From a virus (Duplodnaviria; Caudoviricetes), in IMG/VR virus record IMGVR_UViG_2706796257_000001, positions 64,001 through 128,000 of that record: a DNA stretch of 64,000 bases. One strand, written 5' to 3'. Each line of letters opens with the position of its first letter. Within the stretch, counting starts at the first letter, position 1. Shown piece after piece: positions 19,395 through 28,974 of this stretch. The notes below the pieces were generated by a model. That model made no database searches. It saw only the letters and a program-made list of their open reading frames with translations, and was not told the DNA's origin. The position numbers were made by a program, and so were the translations under genes.

Positions 19395-19654
19395 CGAAAA
19401 TACTCGCGCAATTTATCAAAACCACCAATATAACTTCCATCTGGAGCAAATATCTGCGGTACAGTAAGACCGATTTGCGTATCTCTTCCAAGACGAGTCA
19501 AAAGTTCAGCAATAATTTCATCATCAAATACGCCTTTTTCTGGCATGATATTGATGAACTCATATGGTTGCTTTTTAACATTCAGAAGACGTTTAGCGTT
19601 ATCACAGAATACACATTTATGAATGTTGCTGTCGTAACCGAATACTTTGAACAT
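19391..19654 (-). CDS. nrdC: Glutaredoxin/thioredoxin NrdC
   Basis: MFKVFGYDSNIHKCVFCDNAKRLL...PQIFAPDGS.IGGFD. Confidence 0.98.
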   Translation of the reverse strand: MFKVFGYDSNIHKCVFCDNAKRLLNVKKQPYEFINIMPEKGVFDDEIIAELLTRLGRDTQIGLTVPQIFAPDGSYIGGFDKLREYFR

Positions 19655-20160
19655 TATTTTACCTCTACCGGGAACACTTGGGCCAATTTTGCGGCAATAG
19701 CTTTATCAATAATTTCGCTAAAACTTTCATTCAATCGAGAAACAATCATTTCTTCATATTTGCGTTCATTAATCTTGATTGCATCGGCGATATAATTTTC
19801 CATTCGCTTAGCTGCAGTATCAGCGACCTTTTTAAGAGCGTTAAAAAGTTGTTCATGAGCTACTCGTTCTGCTTCTTCTTTCATTACTCGTTCAAGCTCA
19901 AAAGTACCTTCGGGCTTCCAGCCTTTACGTTCAAAGAACTTCTTTAATTCTTCACGGACTGCGTATTCTACGTTAGGAATACGGGCACCTTGTAAAGCAA
20001 TTTCAGATTTAACCGCTTCAGTAATTTTATTTTTGGTGTCCTTAACAACGAGTTCTTTAACAATATTGTTAATCACGGATTGTTGTAAAGCAACTCGCAT
20101 TGCAGAGCCTTCAGGAAACAACTGACGAACTGCGTGAGTATCTAATTTTAAATCAATCAT
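19654..20160 (-). CDS. Hypothetical helical protein
   Basis: ORF, TAATG coupling. Confidence 0.8.
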   Translation of the reverse strand: MIDLKLDTHAVRQLFPEGSAMRVALQQSVINNIVKELVVKDTKNKITEAVKSEIALQGARIPNVEYAVREELKKFFERKGWKPEGTFELERVMKEEAERVAHEQLFNALKKVADTAAKRMENYIADAIKINERKYEEMIVSRLNESFSEIIDKAIAAKLAQVFPVEVK

Positions 20161-20480
20161 TCTGTAATAACCTCATAATATGCGTCACTCGCTGCTAGAT
20201 AAATTCTATCAGATATATTTTTATACGGATTTTTAATAAATTTTTGATGCGCTTTATATTTAAAATAAATTACATCAAAAGCTGTAGCCGCATTAATACA
20301 GTTATGAATAAAATTAATATCAGTTTTTTCGCCAGCGTCGATAGTGTGTTGTACAATAATTTCAGCATGTAATTTACGAAGTTCTTTAAAAAGAGACTTC
20401 ATTTCTTCTGATTCGCACATTGCGTCAGATGAACTAAAGGGATTCATAACTAACCTCAATATCAAATTGACCGATTTCAC
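20157..20480 (-). CDS. Hypothetical protein
   Basis: ORF; start uncertain. Confidence 0.65.
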   Translation of the reverse strand: MKSVNLILRLVMNPFSSSDAMCESEEMKSLFKELRKLHAEIIVQHTIDAGEKTDINFIHNCINAATAFDVIYFKYKAHQKFIKNPYKNISDRIYLAASDAYYEVITE

Positions 20481-20661
20481 GAAAAATTAAATTCAACAAA
20501 TCTTCTTCAGTGAAATTGGACGATGAGCAGCAACTAGCGAATGGATGAAGTTCGTTATATTGTACACCATCAATAACTACATCGTATCCCTCGGCTGAAT
20601 TCCAGCAACCCAGATCGCAATCTCCACTATCAGCATACAGTTTAGTTACTTCAATTTTCAT
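20434..20661 (-). CDS. Hypothetical protein
   Basis: ORF. Confidence 0.7.
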   Translation of the reverse strand: MKIEVTKLYADSGDCDLGCWNSAEGYDVVIDGVQYNELHPFASCCSSSNFTEEDLLNLIFREIGQFDIEVSYESL

Positions 20662-20881
20662 TTAGCACCTTTGTAAATTTATGTTTGCATTTACGGCATT
20701 TCATTTTAAGAACTTCAGTGTGCCAATCCGCTAATTGGACTTGATTGGTTCCGCACGCCGGACAAGGAGTAACTTGTTTCATGGACCGCTCACGACGGTC
20801 CGCAATTTCTAATACAGTATTCCAATCAATTTCAAAATCTTCTTCGTCTTGAACTAAATCTTCTTTTAATTGGTTCCGCAT
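20651..20881 (-). CDS. Zinc-ribbon protein
   Basis: CPACG...CRKC. Confidence 0.75.
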   Translation of the reverse strand: MRNQLKEDLVQDEEDFEIDWNTVLEIADRRERSMKQVTPCPACGTNQVQLADWHTEVLKMKCRKCKHKFTKVLNEN

Positions 20882-21855
20882 AATACTGCATTAGCCTCTT
20901 TTAGTTTCTGTGATTGTTCTTTAAGACGTTTAAGTTTTAAATTAGACTTGTTAATTTTATCACTTAACTCTTTTTGCACTGATACTTCTTTTTCAATTTC
21001 CACTTTAATTAAGTCAATAAAGTGCTGGATCTGATTAGAAACATGAGTTTCTACCAATACATCAGTTGTCTCAAACTGCATCGATGGGGAGAATTTATTA
21101 TAAACCACCGGATTATTAGCGTCAATACGGCGCGAATAAGTTCCACTAATAGTATCTTTCATATCTTCGGTCTCTTTCAATTTGATATTAATTTTAATTC
21201 TTGTTTTACGTTTTGCATCACCGTAGCTAATATCGGCATTAACATTTTCAACAACGTTCATATGCTTTAAACCGGCGGCAAGTTGTTCAGCTATAATTCT
21301 AGAAACAGTATCAGACTGCCCAATCATCATTTTAATTGAAAATTGAATATCATAATCTCTTAGAGGAGACATAGTTACTTCAGTTTGAACATATCTCAAC
21401 CGGTTGATAAAACACTGAGAATATTCATGAATTAACGTTTTACGGCCAAGTGTAATAATTTGTTTGTATTCACTCTTTAAAGCATTAATAAATTTATATT
21501 TAAAAATTTCAGACTTTTCACAAATAATTTTTCGTTCGCTTGTTGAATTTCTTTCTTCAGTGAACATATTTGATGCGCTTAATTCCATGAATGAGCGCAA
21601 GCGCATCACTGACGTGATATACGAAGTTATTTTACAACGAGTCACTTCTTGAAAAAATTCATCATATGTTTTAGTAGAATACAGATTGTAATTAAATTTG
21701 TTGAACATAAAATTCAATATTTTAGCGTCAAAACCTTTTGAAACTAAAACGTCAATATACTGTTGTATCTTAGTTTTATTTTCATAGCCAAAATCAAACG
21801 TTGGTTTCATGTATTCTTTCAAATCTGCTGCTGTTTTAATTTCTTCAAATTTCAT
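20866..21855 (-). CDS. nrdC.4-family hypothetical protein with C-terminal coiled coil
   Basis: GGAG SD before MKFEEIK; resemblance to the T4 nrdC.3-6 family. Confidence 0.7.
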   Translation of the reverse strand: MKFEEIKTAADLKEYMKPTFDFGYENKTKIQQYIDVLVSKGFDAKILNFMFNKFNYNLYSTKTYDEFFQEVTRCKITSYITSVMRLRSFMELSASNMFTEERNSTSERKIICEKSEIFKYKFINALKSEYKQIITLGRKTLIHEYSQCFINRLRYVQTEVTMSPLRDYDIQFSIKMMIGQSDTVSRIIAEQLAAGLKHMNVVENVNADISYGDAKRKTRIKINIKLKETEDMKDTISGTYSRRIDANNPVVYNKFSPSMQFETTDVLVETHVSNQIQHFIDLIKVEIEKEVSVQKELSDKINKSNLKLKRLKEQSQKLKEANAVLCGTN

Positions 21856-21883
21856 TTCAATTATCTCCAGAACCCGTAAACCC

Positions 21884-21911
21884 ATTATAACACTATTAAT
21901 TGGTAAGCATT
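21884..21911 (-). promoter_or_regulatory. MotA middle promoter
   Basis: AATGCTTA-N14-TATAAT. Confidence 0.65.
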
Positions 21912-22678
21912 TTAACAGCAGATGGGCGTTTATAAAAAGCGTGAGTATTATCGTCTTTTGCTCGTTCAAACGTAGCTTTGAACTCAATTTCACCACGATA
22001 GTCCATTGGAACCGCTTTTGGCAATGAGCCGTAAGCAGTAGCTCCATTTTCTAAACGAACCATCATTTTAACTTGCATTCCATAATAATCTTCCCAGCAC
22101 TTGACTGATACAACCTTTCCTTTGACTGTCTGCTTACCTTCGGGAGCTTCTCCTTTATTCTCATTAAGCTTAGCGTAAATCTCTGAGAATTTTTCTTCGG
22201 AATATTTCTGAATTGCTTCAAGAATACTTTTATGAGCTCTGATTTCTGCCATCAAAACCGTAGTATTATCTTCAAGCTCCCAATGCTTATATGGTTCACG
22301 GATTTCAATAGGGCATCCGTAAAGCTTAAGCTCATTAAACATATCAGATGTTAAACGAAGTTTCCACCATCCAAAATCTCCAGTGAATTCCGGCTTATCT
22401 AAAACATCAAGCTCAGTAACATATGGAAGATAACTTCCTCCATGATAAGCTTCAACTTCACCAAGTTCGTTTTCCCAAAGATAACCATCAAAAGGAGCAT
22501 GTGGACGGTCGTCGATTCCCCACGTTGGGGCAACCACCTTTTCAAATCCTTCGCGACTGTAGAGAGTCTTCGCCCATCCTGCGTTCAATTCCTGAGCGCG
22601 TTTTTCAACTTTCGCTCGGCGAGCAGCACGTGCTTTGCGATTTTCATCTAAGATTGAATTGATGATATCAGTTAACAT
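21896..22678 (-). CDS. Conserved hypothetical early protein, possible C-terminal OB fold
   Basis: ORF with SD after early promoter; V.GKVVSVK strand pattern. Confidence 0.8.
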   Translation of the reverse strand: MLTDIINSILDENRKARAARRAKVEKRAQELNAGWAKTLYSREGFEKVVAPTWGIDDRPHAPFDGYLWENELGEVEAYHGGSYLPYVTELDVLDKPEFTGDFGWWKLRLTSDMFNELKLYGCPIEIREPYKHWELEDNTTVLMAEIRAHKSILEAIQKYSEEKFSEIYAKLNENKGEAPEGKQTVKGKVVSVKCWEDYYGMQVKMMVRLENGATAYGSLPKAVPMDYRGEIEFKATFERAKDDNTHAFYKRPSAVKMLTN

Positions 22679-22707
22679 TTTAGTCTCCGTTAGTAGATTA
22701 CGAGACT

Positions 22708-22737
22708 ATCATATACTAAACTTAATGTGTTGTAAAC
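22708..22737 (-). promoter_or_regulatory. Early promoter with A-tract UP element
   Basis: GTTTAC-N18-TATGAT. Confidence 0.8.
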
Positions 22738-22848
22738 GGTTGAAGTAAAAATTTTTTGAATTCACCAGAACGGCTGAGAGGAACTTTCTTAGGAAGGATG
22801 ATTAATCATATTACGAGGATATAAAAATGCCCCAGCGGAGCCGGGGCG
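22731..22848 (-). repeat. Terminator-spacer-promoter cassette, copy 1
   Basis: Shares TGTAAACGGTTGAAGTAAAAATTTTT, ACCAGAACGGyTGAGAG and ATAAAAATGCCC..GGGCGT with 37367-37487. Confidence 0.8.
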
Positions 22849-22852
22849 TACA

Positions 22853-23182
22853 CTAGTGGTAAGATGGTGCAACATCGTCGCCTTGGAACCAGGCCGAATT
22901 GGAAGATACTTTATTAGCGTATTCCCATTTTTCTGTTAAGTCATTTAGCCCAGCTTGCATTTTCGCGTATGACGCTTGCTGATATCGGTCCATTGTTATT
23001 AAAGATTTTGTCATTGTGGACAAAAGTTTTCGCCTACCTTCATTGCCATAATTGCGAATAAGCGCTCTATTATATTCCGGCACTAAAAACGAAAGCGAGT
23101 GCCCGATGTCAGACAAATGCTCAGCCTTTAATTTTAATCTTTTAACTGCAATAGTTTTTCTTAACTTTTCAATCATTGTCAA
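22853..23182 (-). CDS. Hypothetical protein
   Basis: ORF with GAGG SD. Confidence 0.7.
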   Translation of the reverse strand: MTMIEKLRKTIAVKRLKLKAEHLSDIGHSLSFLVPEYNRALIRNYGNEGRRKLLSTMTKSLITMDRYQQASYAKMQAGLNDLTEKWEYANKVSSNSAWFQGDDVAPSYH

Positions 23183-23368
23183 TTATCCTCGGTTTGCTAA
23201 TGCGTATTCAATATCATTAGCATTAATATAATCCTCAGCAAAAACGATATCACCAACTTTTAGTTGAATTACAAATAAAGTGTCTAAAAACCCAGGTGGT
23301 TTAATCTCAATAGACATTTCTTCTTTAATAACTTCTATTACGACACGGTGTAATTCATCTTTAGTCAT
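23183..23368 (-). CDS. Hypothetical protein
   Basis: ORF, ATGA coupling. Confidence 0.75.
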   Translation of the reverse strand: MTKDELHRVVIEVIKEEMSIEIKPPGFLDTLFVIQLKVGDIVFAEDYINANDIEYALANRG

Positions 23369-23715
23369 AAACCTAACGCATCCCGTTCTGATTCGGTTAA
23401 TTTTGCTAAAGCTTGTTCGCGTACTCGTTTAATACGCTCTTCTTTGTCTTTGGCAGATTCTCGTTGAATATTAAAACCATTTTTAACAATAAATGAAAGC
23501 TCTTTTCCATCCGCGAATATAACAGTTAAAGCTTCTTTTGACGTGTCTGAAACATGTCCATCGCTGCCGTACCAGGATTTACCAGCGACACTCTCTCGCG
23601 CCTTTTCATACGAGTCATAGTATCCATAATGCTGAGTTTTGCGGTCATCTGGGGATATTGTAGCTTCCCAGACCTTTTCAATTTTACTGCTAACAATAGT
23701 TGTATTATTAATCAT
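23365..23715 (-). CDS. Hypothetical protein
   Basis: ORF; C-terminal ALAKLT..ER.ALGL motif common in phages. Confidence 0.8.
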   Translation of the reverse strand: MINNTTIVSSKIEKVWEATISPDDRKTQHYGYYDSYEKARESVAGKSWYGSDGHVSDTSKEALTVIFADGKELSFIVKNGFNIQRESAKDKEERIKRVREQALAKLTESERDALGL

Positions 23716-23717
23716 TT

Positions 23718-23996
23718 TTAATTCCTCATAAATGGCTTTCGTAATTCATCTTTAAAAAATTCTGCCCGGTCGGCGCGCTTAGGTTCACAGTTCCAATATT
23801 TATCTTTACATGGAGTGCTGCAAAATTTATGTTGCCAACTGCGCTTCGTAATAATCTTTCGGCAATAAGGACAATACATTTTTGTCCCTACTTTCACTAA
23901 AGTGTTGTTATCGTAAATTGGTTTCATTATATTATAACGAGTATCTAATTCTTCCTCTTCAACGTAATCCCAATCTTCATCTAATCCGTATCCCAT
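23718..23996 (-). CDS. Zinc-finger-like protein
   Basis: CPYC...HKFCSTPCK. Confidence 0.75.
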   Translation of the reverse strand: MGYGLDEDWDYVEEEELDTRYNIMKPIYDNNTLVKVGTKMYCPYCRKIITKRSWQHKFCSTPCKDKYWNCEPKRADRAEFFKDELRKPFMRN

Positions 23997-24018
23997 TATC
24001 CTTTGCTCCGGTTATTAA

Positions 24019-24996
24019 TTATTTCAACATTGTTACTTCTGAGATTTCACGCCAATTTTTCTCATCTGTTGCCACGAAATCCGCCAAATACAAGGCAGTA
24101 CGTAACGATACATTACGAAGACGGCTTACGTTTTCTTTCATAAATTCAAGAACGTCAACAACTTGTGAATTTCTTAATCCGCGATTCTGCAACATCCGGG
24201 TATTCATAATAACTTCTTCAACGCGGACCATTATTTCTTCATTTGAATGGACGCCTAAATCCAAATAAACTGAACGTGATACCAAAGCAGCGAGATGTGG
24301 TGCTAATTTACTTCCACGTTCTAATTCTTTATCAATATCAACGTTAGTGATGAAAACTACCGTTCCTTCAAATTCAAATTCGTTTGGAATTAGTTTTTCT
24401 TCTAAATAAGAAGACGCTGTGCTCCAACAAACTTTACGCTTTTCACCTGAATCCAAAGCAGCTTTAAGAAGATTTAAAATATCCATATCAGAAAATACAT
24501 CCACATCATCAATAAGCAGAACAGAGTTAGCTTCGCGAGATTCCCAAAGTCGGCAGTAAAGACCAATCCCTGAAATTTTACCATTGACTGATTTATATTC
24601 AATTCTATTATCATTATGAGCATTTTCCAATGCTTTATCTAAGGTGTAAGTTTTACCAATACCCGCAGCACCCGAGATGATAAGTGAACGAATGTTACCA
24701 TTTATAATACCATTCGTCATAAATCCCATAACGTTAAAGCGTTTATTGATACGAGCTTTCATATCATCTACGCTTTCAATCAGTTCAATCTTTTTAGCTA
24801 CTCCGTTGTAAGAAATGTCTGACTTGTAAACCCAAACACCTTTTTTCTTACCGTCGATGATAACGAAAACTTTACCATCACCTTGAGCGGCATCTTCAGG
24901 TTTCAGAGTTTCTGGGAACCATTCCCCAACTAATTCGAAAGTGCCAGAAATTTCTTTACCGAAGTTAATACCTTTAGTAATAGTGATGGTTGTCAT
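24019..24996 (-). CDS. nrdC.10: AAA-family ATPase NrdC.10
   Basis: SGAAGIGKT, LLIDDVD, LLKAALD; 325 aa. Confidence 0.9.
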   Translation of the reverse strand: MTTITITKGINFGKEISGTFELVGEWFPETLKPEDAAQGDGKVFVIIDGKKKGVWVYKSDISYNGVAKKIELIESVDDMKARINKRFNVMGFMTNGIINGNIRSLIISGAAGIGKTYTLDKALENAHNDNRIEYKSVNGKISGIGLYCRLWESREANSVLLIDDVDVFSDMDILNLLKAALDSGEKRKVCWSTASSYLEEKLIPNEFEFEGTVVFITNVDIDKELERGSKLAPHLAALVSRSVYLDLGVHSNEEIMVRVEEVIMNTRMLQNRGLRNSQVVDVLEFMKENVSRLRNVSLRTALYLADFVATDEKNWREISEVTMLK

Positions 24997-25033
24997 TTTA
25001 TTCTCCGAATTTCTATTTGTTTGGTATGAAGTA

Positions 25034-25063
25034 ATAGTATCATCATCTCATACCAATGTAAAC
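25034..25063 (-). promoter_or_regulatory. Early promoter
   Basis: GTTTAC-N18-TACTAT. Confidence 0.85.
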
Positions 25064-25084
25064 GGTTTAGCAAAAATTATTGCA

Positions 25085-25264
25085 TTAATCTTGAATCGGT
25101 AAATCATACTTAGATAGCTGAATAGTTGATACAACTTCTCCGTTGAGAGTTAAGTCAATATCCAAAGCATCATCTGAAGATTTGTACTCAATTTTGATTT
25201 CTTCACGGATAACGCGTTGAACTTCAGCTGCGATCATCTCTTTAATCTGTTCTGCCGTAATCAT
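25085..25264 (-). CDS. Small hypothetical protein (59 aa)
   Basis: Manual translation MITAEQIKEMIAAEVQRVIREEIKIEY...; GGAG SD. Confidence 0.75.
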   Translation of the reverse strand: MITAEQIKEMIAAEVQRVIREEIKIEYKSSDDALDIDLTLNGEVVSTIQLSKYDLPIQD

Positions 25265-25329
25265 ATTTTATTCTCCGAATCCGTATCAGTTGATAGTTGT
25301 ATAGTATCATAGGTCCCTTTTATGCTGGT

Positions 25330-25815
25330 TTATTCCATTTCTATTATATGCATGTTCTTTTTGTTATCAAAATATATGTTTTTAACTGTTAACTCCGAAC
25401 TAATTGGCAATAAAAACTCTCTTTCATAATCCACCATAGAAAGATTATCATAAAGCTTATTAAGCTTATCATCATCAATCTGGCCAGATTCTTCAATTGC
25501 GATTAAATTTTCTAAAATTTCAATCATAGCAGTTGAATAGTCAAAAATGTTTGCATTTTTTAACACTATTAAAACATTAGTCATATAGCGTTCTGCTGCA
25601 AATGTTTCAGCTATATGAGATTCACTACTAAAGGAAGTTATTCTTTTAAATTTGATTCTCTTATTAACTTCAAACTTATAAGATAGTACTTCCTCTATTG
25701 TAAGTCCTCTAAAAAGTACGTCTTTAATCTCAAGTTTATCTTTAATGTAATCATTAACACGCTTATGATTAAAATCATTAATTTTGTTGCCAAGGCATTT
25801 CATTAAAATATGCAT
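25330..25815 (-). CDS. ModA/ModB-like mono-ADP-ribosyltransferase
   Basis: R-S-E triad LFRG / TSFSS / EREFLL; GAGGAG SD before MHILMKC. Confidence 0.8.
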   Translation of the reverse strand: MHILMKCLGNKINDFNHKRVNDYIKDKLEIKDVLFRGLTIEEVLSYKFEVNKRIKFKRITSFSSESHIAETFAAERYMTNVLIVLKNANIFDYSTAMIEILENLIAIEESGQIDDDKLNKLYDNLSMVDYEREFLLPISSELTVKNIYFDNKKNMHIIEME

Positions 25816-25862
25816 TGTGTTTCTCCTCAATTTTTAAAGAACAATTAATTAACTACAAATAT

Positions 25863-25892
25863 ATTATAATATGCTTTATAGTAGAAGTAAAC
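25863..25892 (-). promoter_or_regulatory. Early promoter
   Basis: AAAAAGT-GTTTAC-N18-TATAAT. Confidence 0.85.
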
Positions 25893-25913
25893 ACTTTTTG
25901 CGAACTTTCTTCA

Positions 25914-25940
25914 AAAACAACAAAACCTCCCGAAGGAGGT
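25914..25940 (-). terminator. Rho-independent terminator
   Basis: ACCTCC-TTCG-GGAGGT then TTTGTTGTTTTT. Confidence 0.9.
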
Positions 25941-26176
25941 TAAGAAGAGTGTTTGTTAATCTGGGCTTCAGCAAATCGCTTTGGCCACATCAGTAACCAT
26001 GCTAGGGTTCTCCAGATGATCGAGACGACCACGACAGGTAACCATAATAGTAATATAAAGATATAGCCTTGAGGTGTCTCTATTGCCCCTCGTTTAACGA
26101 GAGCGTTTACGATGTACCAAGCGGCTATGAGGTAAATCACTGCGATTATCACAGGCACTATGTACCACCAAATCAT
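25940..26176 (-). CDS. Membrane protein, two TM helices
   Basis: Hydrophobic segments. Confidence 0.8.
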   Translation of the reverse strand: MIWWYIVPVIIAVIYLIAAWYIVNALVKRGAIETPQGYIFILLLWLPVVVVSIIWRTLAWLLMWPKRFAEAQINKHSS

Positions 26177-26403
26177 ATTTCATCCCAATATAAAGAGAAC
26201 CGAAGTCTTTCGATTGCCCATCTTTTGAATTTTCTAATCTGCTTTTTAGTAGGACGAACAACGAACTTAGCATTCACTCTTCGTCCTGTCTCACGGCAGA
26301 CTGCTTCCAAGTACCGCCCGTCGGTGGTACGAGGATGGATTCTACCATAAGAGATATAAAGCGAGATTTCCTTAGTTACTGTAATACGAGTTGTGATTGT
26401 CAA
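26173..26403 (-). CDS. Basic hypothetical protein
   Basis: RPTKKQIRKFKRW motif; TTG start. Confidence 0.7.
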   Translation of the reverse strand: MTITTRITVTKEISLYISYGRIHPRTTDGRYLEAVCRETGRRVNAKFVVRPTKKQIRKFKRWAIERLRFSLYWDEI

Positions 26404-27385
26404 GATAAACCTCTTCTAAGAACTTATCCCAGAAACTCATATCAACCTTCGAAGGCATACCGTTCTTGTGAGCTTGGATACTTAAACGCTCAACCTCATC
26501 TACTGTGTCTTCGAGCATTTGCTGAACTTGAACAAATGGAAGTTTACCAAGTTTAACATCGAGAATATCTTGTGCATTTCGAAGCGGATATTTCAAGTCG
26601 CCGGTGGAGTAGATTTCTTGGAGTTGAAGCCCGCCGCGTAAAGCATGACTCAATGCTTTCCAGTCAACACCCTCGTTCGCTTCTGCTTTACGAGCTCGTT
26701 CGCCATATTCAGCTTCAAGTTTAGTCAAGGAGTACTTCATTTCAGCAACAGTGATAGTGGTCTGGAATTTACGACCAAGCACATGATAGAAACGTTGCTT
26801 ACCGCATTTAGTATCAACAAAATCTTCCCAGAACAGAAATTCACTCAATGGAAGTTTGCTTGCGATTTCAGCTACTTTCCAACGACTGTTGTTAGCTTTA
26901 TCTTTCGGACGATTTTCATATTTCCACTCAGGGAACTTATTGATAACGTCTAGCACTCGACGAAGTTCAGCTAAACGAGAACCTTTAACACCATATTTAG
27001 CTGCTTGTTTACGAACGTAGCCAAGATAAGCTTTCATATCGGTAGTGTAGAACTTACTGCGGTTGTCTTGAACGAATTTCCACACCTCGGGAAGATCAGA
27101 AGCAACGACCAATTCCGGAGGAGTGTGAAGCATATCCAATGCTACTGTTTCACCGTTCTTAGCCAATTCCAAGAAATATTTCAAGGAGTATAACTCATGG
27201 TCCACGTCATCATGAGTGTTTTTGGTGGCAGAGTTGTTGGTGTTCAGGTTAGTGTGATTCATTGCACGACACATCAGAATATCTTTTGGATGAGGAATAA
27301 AGATTTCTTTATAATCAGTGTCGGATTCCGGAGTAGAGGTCCCATAAAGCTGGGACCCAAAATAACTTTTTACAACTGTCTTCAT
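26372..27385 (-). CDS. nrdC.11: NrdC.11 predicted nucleotidyltransferase
   Basis: FGSQLYGTSTPESDTD (GS..DxD), WKALSHA.RGGLQL. Confidence 0.95.
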   Translation of the reverse strand: MKTVVKSYFGSQLYGTSTPESDTDYKEIFIPHPKDILMCRAMNHTNLNTNNSATKNTHDDVDHELYSLKYFLELAKNGETVALDMLHTPPELVVASDLPEVWKFVQDNRSKFYTTDMKAYLGYVRKQAAKYGVKGSRLAELRRVLDVINKFPEWKYENRPKDKANNSRWKVAEIASKLPLSEFLFWEDFVDTKCGKQRFYHVLGRKFQTTITVAEMKYSLTKLEAEYGERARKAEANEGVDWKALSHALRGGLQLQEIYSTGDLKYPLRNAQDILDVKLGKLPFVQVQQMLEDTVDEVERLSIQAHKNGMPSKVDMSFWDKFLEEVYLDNHNSYYSN

Positions 27386-27927
27386 CAACTTCTCCATTTA
27401 AGGCCGAAGGCTTCTAAAGCAACGGTATCTTTAAAATTGATAACTTCGATTTTCTTATCGATGTCTCGCTCAACAACAATATTACTTACGGTGTCGTTTA
27501 CATAAACTACTGTATAAGTGCCAGAGCGATTTGGCTTAGTCAGTTCATCACCGACCTTAACTGGGACTAACACCTGTTTACGAGAAATTTTAACTCGTGA
27601 TGGATAAAGCGTTTCATCTTCATATACAATTGAAGTATCGTTATAGGTTATATCATGAACGTTGTATGTGTGAATTGCATTGGGAAGATAATGAACAATT
27701 TGTCCAGATACGTTATCGACTACAACTATTGAATGACCAGTAACATCGTCAATTTTACCAATAATGAGATTTCGACGATCGCCATCAGTCCATCTACCAT
27801 AGTTCGTGATAGTAGTGACTTTAATTAGTAGAGATTTTGTAGTTCCTTTGAGGGTCACCTTCAGACGATCACCAATTTCCAAACGAATAGTTTCTTCTGT
27901 GGATTCGAATTTATGTTTACCAATCAT
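27385..27927 (-). CDS. Hypothetical protein
   Basis: ORF, coupled stop/start. Confidence 0.8.
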   Translation of the reverse strand: MIGKHKFESTEETIRLEIGDRLKVTLKGTTKSLLIKVTTITNYGRWTDGDRRNLIIGKIDDVTGHSIVVVDNVSGQIVHYLPNAIHTYNVHDITYNDTSIVYEDETLYPSRVKISRKQVLVPVKVGDELTKPNRSGTYTVVYVNDTVSNIVVERDIDKKIEVINFKDTVALEAFGLKWRS

Positions 27928-27929
27928 TT

Positions 27930-28409
27930 TTATTCCTTAGTGAAAGTCAGAGATGGACAAAACTTTTCTTTGCGAGCGCGAATGAATTCAATCAAAATAC
28001 TCTTTTTAGGAGGGATGTAATTTGGGTCTTTACGAGCTTCTAGTTCTTGAATATATTTTTCATAATTACGTTCTTTGATTTTGTCTTCAATCAAATCTTT
28101 TAATTTGGCTAAACCGAACGGAGTGCCAAATACTACACCAACTAAACCCAAAATACCAACCGCGCCGACAGTAAATCCAGAAGCTCCAATAGCCCAGACT
28201 GAAGTAATACCAAATTTAGCTAGCCACCCGGCGGCCAATTTCCAACCAACTACAGTGAATGCAATGGACAATAATGTAATCAGTGTTGTCATACCAAATA
28301 AAGCAAATACTACTTTCCAAAAATACGGGCACAGTGAATGCGGACGAGAGTATTTGTCAAAAGCGAAATCATGTACGCGGCAATGCCAAGATTTTTCATT
28401 AATATTCAT
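27930..28409 (-). CDS. Membrane protein
   Basis: INEKSWH..SLCPYFW, TM helices, KEKFCP. Confidence 0.85.
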   Translation of the reverse strand: MNINEKSWHCRVHDFAFDKYSRPHSLCPYFWKVVFALFGMTTLITLLSIAFTVVGWKLAAGWLAKFGITSVWAIGASGFTVGAVGILGLVGVVFGTPFGLAKLKDLIEDKIKERNYEKYIQELEARKDPNYIPPKKSILIEFIRARKEKFCPSLTFTKE

Positions 28410-28637
28410 TATTCGGTTCCTTTCATAGTTGGAATAACAGAGTTCAAGTATTTTACCAAAGCTTCCGCTTCTGATTTAGTGAGTGAAACTTCATCACCAT
28501 TGTCAACATCGTAAATGCTCACATGAGTTTGATTAGCAATAACATCAAGTTCAGTGCACCACTTTTGATTAGAACCTGGAATGTCTTCTTCGATTTTTTG
28601 CGCCGTAACCGACACCTTCCCAAATTAATTTAGCCAT
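28409..28637 (-). pseudogene. Hypothetical gene with +1 frameshift in an A6 run
   Basis: MAKLIWEGVGYGAK joins IEEDIPGSNQKW... only if A6 at 28594-28599 is A5. Confidence 0.7.
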
Positions 28638-28682
28638 TATTTTCTCGTCATTAAAATTGCGATGATTAAAATCAGTAATGAA

Positions 28683-28709
28683 ATTATAATCTCATAACCG
28701 TAAAGCGAA
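28683..28709 (-). promoter_or_regulatory. MotA middle promoter
   Basis: TTCGCTTTA-N12-TATAAT. Confidence 0.75.
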
Positions 28710-28716
28710 ACAAAAT

Positions 28717-28974
28717 TCATCTCATGCTCCTGTGCCAGCAATTACGTGGTTCGCGTTTAAAAGTTTCGTCATACATTTCTTGGCATTTTACACAATACAA
28801 ACACCCCTTAATTGCTTGTCTACGAGATTCTGGAATTAGCTCTTCGCAATCAAAGCAACGATAAAGTGATTCTCGTTCAGTATTAAATTGAGACCGCGCA
28901 TGAACTACTGCAGCTTGAACTACTGCTTCAACTTCTAGTTGTTCTGCTCCGTCTTTAGCAAATCCAACAGCCAT
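28717..28974 (-). CDS. DksA/TraR-family C4 zinc-finger protein (YbiI-like)
   Basis: CFDCEELIPESRRQAIKGCLYCVKCQ. Confidence 0.92.
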   Translation of the reverse strand: MAVGFAKDGAEQLEVEAVVQAAVVHARSQFNTERESLYRCFDCEELIPESRRQAIKGCLYCVKCQEMYDETFKREPRNCWHRSMR

